Part shown: positions 50,165 to 63,449 of the stretch, one piece after another
Numbering within the stretch: position 1 is the stretch's first letter
Layout: the number at the start of each line of letters is the position of its first letter
Program-made: the position numbers and the translations under genes
The notes under the pieces: model-generated
Told to the model about the DNA's origin: nothing
The model's database searches: none
The model's input: only the letters and a program-made list of their open reading frames with translations
NCBI RefSeq assembly: GCF_004010195.1
Contig: NC_057728.1
Location: 47,145,058-47,209,043 of the forward strand
Source: Chiloscyllium plagiosum
Taxonomy: Eukaryota
DNA length: 63,986 nucleotides
Direction of reading: 5' to 3'

Positions 50165-50760
50165 ACATAGAGTCATAGAGATGTACAGCATGGAAACAGA
50201 CCCTTTGGATAACGACCATGCGGACCAGATATCCCAACCTAATCTAGTCCCACCTGCCAGCACCCGGCCCATATCCCTCCAAACCCTTCCTATTCATATA
50301 CCCATCCAAATGCCTTTTAAATGTCGTAATTGTACCAGCCTCCACCACATCCTCTGGCAGCTCATTCCATACACGTGCCACCCTCTGTGTGAAAAAGTTG
50401 CCCCTCTGGTCTCTTTTATATCTTTCCCCTCTCACCATAAACCTGTGCCCTCTAGTTCTGGACTCCCCGCCCCCAGGGAAAAGACTTTGTCAATTTATCC
50501 TATCCATGCCCCTCATGATTTTGTAAACCTCTATAAGGTCACCCCTCAGCCTCCAACACTCCAGGGAGAACAGCCCCAGCCCCATTTCAAATCGTCCAAC
50601 CCTGGCAACATCCTTCTAAATCTTTTCTGAACCCTTTCAAGTTTCACAACGTCTTTCTGATTGGAAGGAGACCAGAATTACACACAAACTTTCAACAGTG
50701 GCCTGTGCAGCCGCAACATGACCTCCCAAATCCTGTATTCAATACTCTGACCAATAAAGC
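50165..50760 (-). mobile_element. CR1 LINE 3' fragment
   Basis: Minus ORF 50244-50438 GNFFTQRVARVWNELPED. Confidence 0.93.
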
Positions 50761-52338
50761 AGAGAATTGGTGAGACAGTGGGATGGGGGACAATTTCTAC
50801 TCTGCATGACAGCATTAACTACATCAGTCTTCACTAACCGTTGTCAAAGTGCACCACACTTTTGGGGATATGGAACCAATAACTTGCATAACGTTATACC
50901 CATTGCACAAACCATCAGTAAACAATGCGAGTAATGTAACAAGTCACTTATTCCATCAAAATTAATGCACCCATATATTTGGGCACATGTTCCTACAACC
51001 CAGTCTCAATTTCAGCAAAAAAAAGTAGACTTCAAGCAAAAGGGGCAAGTCTATTATAATGGATAAAAAAAACTATTAACTTGAGGGACAATCCTGTAAT
51101 AATCCATGCCCATTCCTGTACTGATACACACTCTGAATAAGAAGAGTGGTCCACACTTTGTGTAATAAGTCATGCCTGAGGTGCAAGAGGATCCAGAGGT
51201 GACTAAAGAGCTAATTATGGAATTAGGAGATCCACTTTGCATTCTAGAGTATGCTGAAGTTCCAAAGGTGATGAAGTAATGTGTACCTGACTAAACCTTC
51301 TCTCTTATATAAACGGAACATAGGTACATGAGACCTTTCAGCACCCCAAGCATGTTTCACCATTCAGCAACCAATTCCATTGACCCTCCTTTGCCCCATA
51401 TCCATTAATACAATTGGTTAAAATCTATCAGTCTTAGTTTTAAAATGACCAATTAATCTAATATTAATTACCATTTGCAGAAGAGAGTTCCAAATACAAA
51501 TCCTTCCCAAACGTTCTACACTGCAGATTGTAGACCCTAATCTGAGATCTTCCAACCAGCAGCAATTTTTTTTTTGCCATCTACCTTACCTGTTCATCTT
51601 TAACATTTTGCAAAGTTTGATCAGATCATCCCATAATCTTCTAAATTCTGAATACAATCGCACTCTGCATAAATGTAACTATTAGCCCAAATACCATTTC
51701 AGTAAATTCACACAGCACCCTCTCCAAGTATGACCCTCCTAAGGACCGGTGCCCAGAGTTATTCCCAGGAGTTTTATGATTGAAAAATGACTTCCAGTCA
51801 TCGTATTTTTGACAATTATGATGCTTGTTTGACTCCAGCAGTTTTTACTTATGTGAGACGTCTCCCATTTTCTAAACCCCAGCACATTTTATTTTGAGTC
51901 GTTTTAAATGTAGAAACGATGCTTCAATTGCTGTTCTCATTTAGACAACTCTTTGTTGCACTCAAAAATCTCAGATTTCCTTATAAACTTGAGTCAACCA
52001 TTTCCCACAGTCAGTATCCCTCACTATAAAAGTCACCTTTCTTACTCAGAACTCTGATCTCAATTTCTGTTTCATAAAGATTAGAACATCTCCCACTCAA
52101 TCCTCCTCCGAAATATCATGATTCAACTGTAACATGGTAAATATCAATCCTTGTTTAGACCTCTTCATAGAGGTACCATACTTTTATATCATGTTCAAAT
52201 TCAACGGCATTTTTAGTTATATTTGCTGGTGTATTTTCATTATTTCAGGTGGCTTCAACAACAGTGACTAGCAACTTTAATGTAGCAAACATTCTGTGAA
52301 GTGCTGTACAAAAGCATTATCAAGCAGAATTTGATACA

Positions 52339-53092
52339 ATGGGATGTGGGCATCACTGGATGGACCAGCATTTATTACCTGCCCAGAGGGGAGTTAAGAG
52401 TCAACTACATTGTTATGGACTGGTGTCAACTGCAGGCCAGACCAGGTAAGGAAGGCAGATTTCCTCCCCTAAAAGGACTTCAGTGAATAAGGTGACCACA
52501 GTTATGTAGGGGGTTTAGTTAGCATGGACAACCAGTTTGTGATCAGAGTCAAGATTGCAGTGGTGCTGGAAAAGCAAAGCTGTTCAGGCAGCATCCGAGG
52601 AGCAGGATTCCTGATTAAGGGCTTTTACCCAAAACATCAATTTTCCTGCTCCTCGGATGCTGCCTGACCTGCTGTGCTTTTCCAGCACCACTCTAATCTT
52701 GACTCTGATCTCCAGCACCTGCAGTCCTCACTTTCGCTTTTCAACTAGTTTGTGATGCAAAGTGATGTTAACAGCATAGGTTCAATTCTTGCACCAACTA
52801 AGATTATAATGAAAAATTTTCCTTTCCAACCTTTCCCCTCATTCAAGGTGCGGTAACCCTCAGGTTAAACTGCAACTAGTCATCTCTCTCTAATGAGGGA
52901 GCAGCCAGATGGTCCAATAGGACTACATTGACTTTACTTTTAATTAAATAGTCACAATTAGGCTAGTTCCAGATTTTTATTGTGGACTCAGATTTCACCA
53001 TCAGCCATGGTGGGATTTAAACCTATATTCCCAGAACCATTGTCAGATTCTGGATTACCCATCCACTGATATTACCACTGCACCATTGCTCC
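52339..53092 (-). mobile_element. Family B-related SINE with a nested plus-strand tRNA-SINE (about 52508-52940) and a fold-back element (52544-52741)
   Basis: Reverse complement of the SINE tail and body at 52339-52490 and of the head at 52960-53092. The inner SINE has GGTTCAATTC. Fold-back TSD CAAC(C/T)AGTTTGTGAT (52529-52543 / 52742-52756). Confidence 0.75.
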
Positions 53093-54451
53093 ACCAGACC
53101 ATTGAGCCTACTCCTCTATTTAAGAATATCATTGTTCTTCTGATTGTGATCTTAATGCCACTTTCTGCCACTTGCCTTAACTCTGGGCTCCGTGGTTAAC
53201 AAAAAATCTGCCCAAGTCTTGAATGTATTCAACAGCCTTGCCTTATTGGTTCACTGTGGAAGAGAATTCCAAAGACTAACAATCCTCAGAGAAGAAATCC
53301 CATCTCAAGTGGATGAGCCCTTTCTTTAAGTGTTCCCTGAGTCTGTTTCCTCGCAGAGGGTAGATGCTAACAGAATATTCCCTCATCAAGTCACCACAGA
53401 ATCTTACATTTCAGTAAGATCACCTCTCATTCTTTGCAACTCCAATCTCCAACATCTTTCACAAAGCTCCTTTTTGTAAAAAAAAAGGCCTCTGACGAGC
53501 CACAAAATGTTTTACTGCTTTAAATCGTGCTCATGGGTGCAAGTCATTGTTGTATTGACATGACTTACAGGCAACTATCAGGAGGAGGCTTCATTGTGGA
53601 ATAAGAAGGGACAGTGATGCTTACATTCAGTAAGCTTCTTACTTTTCTCTTCAGATAAGCTTAGGCCTTAGTTTCCTGAATACACAGTACATAAGACAAA
53701 AAGAGTCTAACACAGCCCACCATTTGTGGGTTAGAGATGCTTACCCTCTGAAAGGGGTACAAAGTACCCCATTTTCAAAGCCACTTTGAAATCAAAGATG
53801 ACTTCACACAAGTATGTCCCCAAGACCATAGGAAATTGACTTTTAAAAATCAAATGAATGGCTTTATTTGGGTAGAGATTCAGATATTCCTAAGAACAGA
53901 AGAAAACAGCACTCCACGCTCAAAAAATTAGAACACTCAAACTCAAAAAATAAATATGTACAATCAAAAATCACAGGCCCGAAGCAGAAAACATAATCTC
54001 CAAGCCTTTCGTACCACTTCCATCCAATTAAATAGCTGCCAGTGCTTGCTATGGGTCAATTGGGCTGGACAATGCACCAATGATTGTTTGCACTAAAAGA
54101 CAGGGATGTCTTACTTCAGAATGTTGCACCAGTTAGGTAAACCCCAGGGAGGGGGTGGGGAGAGATACAGGTTTGCCATTCAGTGCTGGGATGGTGATTT
54201 TTATCTGAGAGAGCCGTCTGTGTACTACAACCTGCTATAAAAGGAACAATGGCCACACTGTATCCCACTGAAAGGTCACCAAATCTCTCCACCTGGCAGC
54301 AGACTGAACAGATGGGAACAAATTAAAAATGAAGTGTCACCCTCCAAATGGCCACCTGCAGTTGGCCTTCCCACTGCCATACCACTTTGTCAAAGATAGG
54401 AAAACACTGGCTACCTTGGTGCCTTCCCACACTAAGGCAATCCAAAGAAGA

Positions 54452-54608
54452 GCAGGTCAGGTAAATTGGTCATGCTAAATTGCCCGTAGTGTTAGATACG
54501 TTAGTCAGAGGTATTGGGTCTGGGTGGGTTACTCTTCAGAGGGTCAGTGTGGACTGGTTGGGCCAAATGGCCTATTTGCACACTGTAGGGAATCTAGTAT
54601 AATCTAAG
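54452..54608 (+). mobile_element. HE1 SINE 3' half
   Basis: gcaggtcaggtaaattggtcatgctaaattgcccgtagtgttag..cacactgtagggaatcta. Confidence 0.85.
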
Positions 54609-54858
54609 CTATTTTGCCACCTTTCCTGCTACTGTGCCATTGCTAATGGGTGCAGAAAATTCCAGCTCAGTTTTCTGAATTCACAATTTGCCAATAGTTT
54701 TTTTTTAAAAATCAGCAGCATAGCAGCAGGCTTGTATTCATAATTATGATTAGACCACTATTATTCTGCCACAGAAAGTGTTTGAAGCCAAAATATTGAA
54801 TGCTATCAAGATTGAGTTAAACATAGGGTAAGATGATTAAAACATGTTTTAAAATATT

Positions 54859-55212
54859 GGGCAGCATTGTGGCTAGCACTGCTGCCTCACAACACCAAGG
54901 ACCCAGGTTCAATTCCAGCCTCGGATGACTTTCTGTGTGGAGTTTGCACATTCTCCCCCTGACTGTGTGGGTTTCCTCTGGTTTCCTCCACAGTGCAAAC
55001 ATGTACAGGTTAGATGGATTGGCGCTTGCTAAATTGCCCACAGTGTCCAAGAATGTGTAAGCCAGTTGAGTTAGCCATGGGAAATGCAGCGTTGCAGGGG
55101 TAGGGTAAGTGGGGGTGGGGTGGGCATGGGTCTGGGCAGGATGCTCTTTGCAGGGTCAGGGTGGACTCAATGGGCTGAATAATCTACTTCCACACTGTAG
55201 GGATTCTATGAT
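54859..55212 (+). mobile_element. HE1-type V-SINE
   Basis: GGTTCAATTCC B-box, V-domain, tail cacactgtagggattctatga. Confidence 0.9.
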
Positions 55213-55462
55213 AGTTCTTCAGGCTACAGGGAGAAAGCAAGAACAGATATTGAGCTAGATGATTGGCCATAGTCAAATTGAATGGTGCAGAGGTTCAAAT
55301 AGCCTAGTCCTGCATTAAGCTTATATGATCGGGATTCTATGATAGTTTTTCAGGCTAAAGGGAGAAAGCAAGAACAGGATATTGAGCTAGATGATTGGCC
55401 ATAGTCAAATTGAATGGTGCAGAGGTTCAAATAGCCTAGTCCTGCATTAAGCTTATATGATC
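55200..55462. repeat. Tandem duplication of about 131 bp
   Basis: 55200-55330 and 55331-55462 are near-identical (2 substitutions, 1 indel). Confidence 0.95.
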
Positions 55463-57454
55463 CCAATTTGGATTACTGAATCAATTTAAAATCAGTCAGG
55501 TTTTACAGATCATTTGAAGCTGCCAAATTATTCAATCCAGTGTCTTCACTCAGGAGATAATGGAGATGCCCTGACAGGTAGGTAGGTGTGTAAAACCCAC
55601 ATAGCTAACTAAACCTAAATCTGTCTTCCCCTTCCTCCCCATTTAATCATCTAAAATAAGTTGAAATTTGCAAGAACTCATTGATCACAAGTCAGGAATA
55701 TGAAGTTGTCCAAGCCATTTAAAACCACACAGTATTTAAAATTTGCAGAGATGACATGTCAGCTTTAATACATGAGTATTAATGTCAGCTTTAATACATA
55801 AGTGACCTTGATACAATACTAATATTTTTTAAATGGCTCACATCATCCACCTCAAAAAGAGCACCAGCTCACTGCATGAGTGTGACATTTAAATTTGCCC
55901 TCACACCTCGATTCTATGCCCTCACTAAGTGAAAGAATCCAATTAGAACCAACTTTGTGCTGTGAGTTGGGCGGATGTTCAGTAAGTGTATCACAATTCT
56001 CCATTTAATCCTTGCCTGAAGATGTGAACTGACAGAGAATGTGCTTTCATCCTGAGGGCAAAACTGATCATTTTCTATCCCATTGAATTTCCAATTCCCT
56101 CATTAAATCCCCTTTACAGTCACATTACATTGCACTATACAACAGTGTTTAATTCAGATTCCAGTCATGTATAATTCTGCCAATGCATGAAAAATTTACA
56201 ATCGCAAGCGAATCTCAAGCAGAACTCTTACCTTTTTGTTTGCAGACTAACATTACCACATTAAAATTACTTCCTTCATTTTCACATACCTCAACATTTC
56301 CCCTTTTCCAAAAAGAAAGGTCCAGGTTCAACCTCCTTACTCTTTCCTCAATAGAGATTCCCGGGCCCCAGGTTGCTCATATCTCAATCTTCACAAGAGT
56401 AACACATGATCAAACACAGTGACTCAGATTAAAATCCTGACAAGCATTTTTCACAGCAGTAATTACTCTTTTACTTGTACTCTATCCCTCTGCTAAAATG
56501 ACTCAATGCTATATTTATCATTTGCGTTTCTTACTTTGGGACCATCTCATGAGTCAGTAGAGATAATCAAGGCTGGCATTTTGGTACTTTGCTGAGAGAA
56601 TGTTGCATTACCACATGCCCTTTCAGGAGGATATCAAAGAGGCACTGCAGTTAAAAATGCCCCCCCCCCCCCGCCTTATGCCTCAGGCAACATTATTGCA
56701 ACAAAATACTTTGCTTGTAAAATGCAATTGCCTGGTGCTGGTATTTTTCGGAGCTACAAGTGCTGATTTAGTTCCAAATGTATGTGCCAGGCACACAAGC
56801 TTCTAGCTTGGCTCTTGTTGGATACTATTTTGGTGAGGGCATTGGCAAGTGGTGCCAGGGGTAAAAAGAAGAGTAAGCAGCTGATGAAGCTGTTCATCCC
56901 TGTCATGTCCTTTTGATGACAGCACTGCTATCTTCAACCTTGCCATTCTTAATGTTGCACAGTTCAACAGAATTTCAGCAGTAATCCTATTGGCACTATC
57001 ACTGTCTGGATCTGTGAAAGTTCTTTGAGCTTTCTAGTGCTACTTAGAAATGGAGAAATCCAAACTGAACCAGTTCTACACCTGGTGAAGGCTGACTTCA
57101 ATGGATGTGATTAAGCTATTTCTTCCTGGCCATGGGCATTATGGTTCTCATTCCTCTTAGCTTGTAACATCATGGGGGTTTTGAACAGAGGAGAACAAAA
57201 GGAAGGCAAGACAAACAGAAAATACTGTTTAAAAAGTCTCAACAGGTCTGGAGGCATTTATGAAGAGGGAAACAGAGTGGACATTCAGGTTGCCGAATAT
57301 CACAGCATCCTCATCATCACAATGCTGATAAATAAGCTAACCATTTCAATCAAACGTTATCAAACCATCCAATATTCCATATGAAATTCTGAATGGCCAA
57401 AGTAAAGCTTACATTCATCCTACTAAACCAGCAAAATCAGTGTGGAGATCACGT

Positions 57455-57759
57455 GGGCGGCACGGTGGCACAGTGGTCAGCACTGCTGCCTCACAGCGCC
57501 AGAGACCTGGGTTCAATTCCCGCCTCAGGCAACTGTCTGTGCATTCTCCCTGTGTCCGTGTGGGTTTCCTCCGGGTACTCTGGTTTCCTCCCACACTCCA
57601 AAAATGTGCAGGTTAGTTGAATTGGCCATGCTAAATTGCCCGTAGGGTTAGGTGAAGGGGTAAATTTAGGGAAATGGTTCTGGGTAAGTTGCTCTTCGGA
57701 GGGTTGGTGTGGACTTGTTGGGCCGAAGGGCCTGTTTCCACACTGTAAGTAATCTAATC
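57455..57759 (+). mobile_element. HE1-type V-SINE
   Basis: gggcggcacggtggcacagtgg head, B-box, V-domain, taagtaatctaatc tail. Confidence 0.95.
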
Positions 57760-58209
57760 CTTGATGGAAATGAGCATGCACCCAATTGCCCATTGTCTCT
57801 GAATCTCTATACACGTGTTTAATAAAGGATGATATCAGCACATTCCAAACAGATCATGATCCTCATGCTAGAGATGGATTGCTTTCAATCTCTCTCCAGT
57901 GCCTCTGAAAAGGTTACAGAGCCACACATTTATACTGCTGCTACACCCAAGTAATCCCCCTCATGGATGTCTATTGAAGCCCTACATTGGAGTCTGACAA
58001 TGCAGAGCTTAGGGCTTCCTGTACCTTCTGTTGTTGTCCCTCAATCCAATAATTGTTCCTACCTCACTTGTGATATCTCACTCATCATGTGGCAATAGAG
58101 TTTCAAAATTGAGACCTGATCATTGCACATGTTCTCTATCCTGAAATTTCTAGAATGGATCAATTGTGACACGTACCAGTGCCTTTTTCAATAGGGGGCC
58201 TTTAACTAT

Positions 58210-59295
58210 TAGAGTTTAAAGCACAGCAGGTCAGGCAGCATCTGAAGAGCCAGAGAGTCAACATTTCAGACATAAACCCTTCATCAGGAATGTAGAATAG
58301 GAAGGGGAGTGAGAGATATATATGGGGATGGGGGTGGGGATGGGGCTGGGGGGGGTGTGGAGGAAGGTAGGTGGGATGGTTATTGTGGGAGGGGTTATTG
58401 CGGTCCTTGAAATAGGAGGATATCTGGATGTCCTGCACCCCCTCCCACATGATCAACAATGCCCTGCACCGCATCTTCTCAACTTCCCGCACCTTCGCCC
58501 TTGAACCCCTTCCCTCCAACTGCAACAAGGATAGAACACACTGGTCCACACCTTCCAACCCATGAATCTTTGGATACAGCGTATCATCCTCCATCATTTT
58601 CACCACCTACAGTCAGACCCCACCACCAAAGATATATTTCCCTCTCCACCCCAATCTGCATTCCACAGAGACCATTCTCTCTGCGACTCCCTCATTAGAT
58701 CCACAGCCCGCACCAACGTACCCTCTACACTGGCATTTAAACCTGCACCCACACCTCCCCCCTCACCTCCATCGAAGGCTCTAAAGGTTCATTTCAAATC
58801 CAGCAGAGATTTTCCTGTACATCCACCCACCTCATCTACTGCATCTGTTGCTCTTGAAGTGGTCTTCTCTACATCGGGGAGACAGAACACCAACTTGTAG
58901 AGCAGTTCAGGAAACATCTCTGGTCAGCACATACCAAACAACCCCACCACCCTATAGCCTACCAATTCAGCTCCCCCTCACGCTTCCCCAAGGACACGCA
59001 AATCCTGACCCTTCTCCACCACCAAATCAAAGTCACCAGCCAACTGGAGGAAGAACGCCTCATCTTCTGTTCTGGGACCCTACAACCACATGCCATGAAC
59101 ACTGACTTCACGAGTTTTCAAAACTCCATACCCTCACCTCATCCCAGATTCAACCCTCCACCGCCCTCTTAACCTGTCCATCTTCCTTCCCATCAACTCC
59201 CCTGCTCCTCAGATGCTGCTTGGTCTGTTCTGCTTTTGCTGCATTACACCTTTTGACTCTGACTCTCCAGCATCTGCTGTCCTCACTTTCTCCCA
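58210..59295 (+). mobile_element. Penelope-like element (second family): GIY-YIG 3' part with an inverted 5' segment
   Basis: 58861-59120 reads GLLYIGETEHQLVEQFRKHL..LEEERLIFCSGTLQPHAMNTDF. 58217-58430 is in the opposite orientation. TSD GCCTTTA(A/G)CTAT (58198-58209 / 59296-59307). Confidence 0.88.
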
Positions 59296-60619
59296 GCCTT
59301 TAGCTATGAGGTGTCACCACATAATTGTCATCACATAAAATGGTCCCAAGGGTCCCTCATCTCCACACAAAAATTCTAGTGCTGGCTTTGTAAACCATAT
59401 GTAATTTATATAGCTTAGTCCCAACTTCAAAATTTCCCATCCATGACTGGATACAATTCCCTGCCTATGAATCAATTAACTATCCAGTTGTATTATATTT
59501 TATCTTTTTCTGTTACTTTTTAAATTTAGACTTTAAACAGCTACTGTGCTATCAATGAAGAGCTTGCTGAAGCTTCATTTAAGTGGAATATTTGAAAATA
59601 TGAGAAAGTTAATTATACATGATGTATAATTCCCTTCTCAAATCTACAAACAGTTAACACCACTTTTCAGATGCAAGGTACATTTTATTGCAAATATAAT
59701 TTTCTAGCTAATGAAAATATATTATACATTTCTTTTGAAAAGGGGCCAATTCAAATTAAAATTTATCCAATACTTGATCAGTAACTCTGTCAGAGACTGT
59801 AAGACACGGCCGATGCAGGGGAGTTTGTATCAGGGAATGAATCTTTTCACTATGTATGCAGACAATCTAATGTGATGGGTGTCTTTATTTCCATGGAAAC
59901 AGCACTACAGTAATGATTGTTTTGCCTCTGGGAAGGCACAGCAGACAAGAAAACAGAGCAGTGTGAGAGTCATTAGAATAATGTCTTCTTTCCAATGCAT
60001 GGAGACCATTACCAACAGTGAGCATCATTTACATATATTGACTGCATTGTTTTAATAATGTGTTCAACTGAAAGATATTTGGATATAAAGTAGTTGTCCA
60101 CTTTTGCACATAAGGTAACTTGCTGAAAAGTTCCAAATAAACACCATTTAATTTTCTGGTAATTTGATTGTATTAAACCAATCAATATTGAGTAATATTG
60201 ATCTTATTAATAATTTGCTTCTACTCAATAATAAACTTTTAATTCAACTTTGTTTGCTCCTTAGTTTTAAATCGGTCATATCTTCTATATGTTGCTAGAA
60301 CTCATTTGATGATCTAAGTTACATAGGCAACCATGGAACCCATAGCCCTAACTTAATGATCACAGAAACACTTGTGTCCAAAAATCAGAAAAATTTGGTA
60401 ATTATTATAAATAGCATGGGGTTTGTAGCTCTAAACCCATTCAGCTACATAAAACCTCTAAAGCCTTAAAGGAATGAAATTGCACAAACCAGCTAACATT
60501 AACCTATGCAGTACGTGATTTGAATGTATTTTAATATCAGTTAAATTGGATTTTGAGCTTTAATCTATGTGACAAATTATTGCTCAGCAGTCTACTCATC
60601 AATAAAGAAATGGAAGAGG

Positions 60620-62530
60620 TCACCAACAAGCAACACTCACTCAGCAATAACCTGTTCACTTACATTCAGTTTGGTTCTGTCAAGGCCACTCTGTTCCTGA
60701 TCTCATTACAGTCTTGGTTTAAACATGAGTAAAAGAGCTGAACTCCAGAGAGGAGCTGAAAGTCATTGCTCTGAACAACAGAATTGTATTTCATGAAGTG
60801 TGACATCAAGGAGTCCTCACAAATTAGAGTTCATCAGAATAAAGGAGTAAACTCTCCAGTGTTTGGAGTCATTAGTGTCAAGGAAGATGGTTGTGATTAT
60901 TGAAGGTCAGTAATCTCCATTTCAGGACATTACTGCAGGGGTTCCTCGGGGTAGTGTCTATCATAAAATCAGAAGTAGGGACGATCACTGATAACTGTAC
61001 TCTGTTCATCACTGCACAAGATTCCTCAAATACCATGTCCAAATGCAGCAATATCTGGACAATATCCAAGTTTCGGTAAGTTAACATTCATGCTACACAC
61101 TGCCGGACAATAACCGTCTACAACAAAAGAGAACCTAATCGTTGCCCCTTGACATTGAATAGTTTTACTCGCACTGAATCTGTTCCATTGACATCCTGGA
61201 GCTTACCATTGACCAGACACTAAACAGGACTACCATATAAATACTAATCATGACTTGGAGATGCTAGTGTTTGACTGGGGTGTACAAAGTTAAAAATCAC
61301 ACAACACCAGGTTATAGTCCAACAGTGTGCTTCCAATTAAACCTATTGGACTATAACCTGGTGTTGTGTGATTTTTAACTGTATAAATACTATGGTGCCA
61401 ATGGCAAATCTATGGTCACATCCATCTAGAAGCGCAAGGGCACCAGATAAATGGGAGCATAATCTCCTGCAAGTTACCTCCAAGTTTAAGAACCAGGTTT
61501 TTTTTGTCTTAAAAAGACTGTACTGCAAAAGAGAAAGAATGGTTTATAAAAACCAGGATTTACCAGATTGGCTTAACAATCTCACAGCAAGGAATCCAAT
61601 ACCTATTGTTCTGTGGCTGTGGGTTCCTGCAATGCGCAGTTGATCAGGAACTGAGCAGTGCTTTAGCTAACTGAACAAGTTGGTACAAGAAATAAGTTAC
61701 AGAGACACAGACACAGAGAGCGAGAGAGAAAAAGAGCAACATGCAGAAGTGCATGCAATTGTTCTCTTCAGCAGCAGTTTCCTGTTTATTGCAAAACAAA
61801 ACTCAGATTAATCTTGAAGAAAACCAGTTAGCTTTCCTGCAGAGAGCTAAGACATTTTCCAAACGTAAGAATCATTCTGTACTTCTTACAAACCTGTGGG
61901 ACTTTCTCGAGAAAGACAACTGAACACCAAGGGATCTGATTAGCAAAAGAAGGATCATCTCAACATCAGAATTGGAAAGGAAGGACTACCAAATTGACTT
62001 CAGATTTTCTACCTCCAGCAATACTTTTATTTTCCCTATTGGTTTATCTATCTATATATAAGTGCATGTGTGAGAAAAACATAAAGTTTATAAGGGGATT
62101 ATTATTTTCGTTAGTAGCATTATTGGCCAATGGTTTAGATCTGATTACCTGCAGTTGTAGTCTAATAACTTATAGATATTAATTCTTGTGTAGTATAGAA
62201 ACCTGGTCTGTGTTTTTTTTTAAATCAACCTTGGTCTGAAAGTCAGGTAAATTGTGGTACTGCACGTACCTTCAAAAAAAAGTTTCAACATTTGATTTGA
62301 CTCCAGGAATAGTGAGAATTATAGCACACTTTCCCAGTGGATCTGCCATTTGCCATCATGATGTTGAACTACACAGCTCTTCCTTCACTATCAGTGGTTT
62401 CCTAATGCATTGTGTGGTTACCAACATCAAATGGATTGCAGCAGTTCACAAAGACAGCTTACCACCACCATGTCAAGGATAATTAGGAATGGGCAATTAA
62501 TGCTGGCCCAGCCAATAATGCCCATATCCA
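60620..62530 (+). mobile_element. Family B LINE remnant with a nested fold-back element (61247-61381) and an LTR-like insert (about 61486-62340)
   Basis: ITAGVPRGS near 60930, LTIDQTLN near 61205, tail at 62440-62530. Fold-back TSD TATAAATACTA (61236-61246 / 61382-61392). Confidence 0.75.
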
Positions 62531-63449
62531 AAGTTCCATCGAAGCTATGGCTGCTCTGAAGTTCCCCTGAGGTTGCGTGCTGCTGAACATCAAATAAAGA
62601 CATTGGCTTCATGTTTTGGAAGTGGCTGCCACACATAGACCTTACAGCTTCCTACACTGAGAAAAAAAATCAAGAAGGGGTATTGGCCGCCTCCCCTGAA
62701 TCAAAATAAGAAATATTGTTTATTCGATATAATATTGAAAAATTGTCTTCTTAGCCCCAAAGATTTTGCCAAAGATGTTCTCCACTGCTTAAGATTCCCA
62801 AGTACACTTTTAGCCAACCTCTTCCCTATGTGAAATTAGTTGATAATGCCAACGATTAGGTTAGGCTTTGGGCCTGCCCAACTCAGAGTTATTCAGCAGC
62901 CTTCTACTCTCCCTCAGCCCACCAAACCCCACCACTACCATACTCCTCACCTCCCCCCAACCACACCTCCCACCCTCACCCCCATGAGAAAGGTTATGAT
63001 TAAAAACTGCTCTGGTGGGATTGAATTTCTTCTCATTGTCCAATCCTTGATAATCACAGCCATTCCAATCTTCCCGCTTGCAACTTACCCAAAGCATGCA
63101 AGACAGGTGGCCAGACGTAGAAGCCTGTGCTGTGCGAAGACATCAATGTCCAATTTCCTCTTGGTTTGGATATGACTGGTCAGTCAGCACTAGACCTGGG
63201 GTTTAAAATGATCTTTGACCAATACCCAACGCACATGGTACAGTGAAACTGCTCACCAATATATTTGCAGCATCTCAGATATGGAATGACTGAAACTTAG
63301 CTCCAGAGTAAACGAGTGCAAACCCACCAGCAAACAACCTTCAATTATTTGCCATCACCCATTTTGTATTGGACACCAACCTCCCATGATAAAATTCAAC
63401 AGCCCCACACCCCCTCACCCACAAATTATTTTAACTGTTTTTTCATCAA

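Noticed and set aside
58323..58380. G-rich tract with G-quadruplex potential (also 55097-55137, 20507-20519)
   Set aside because: Low-complexity expansions inside transposon copies, with no independent sign of function.
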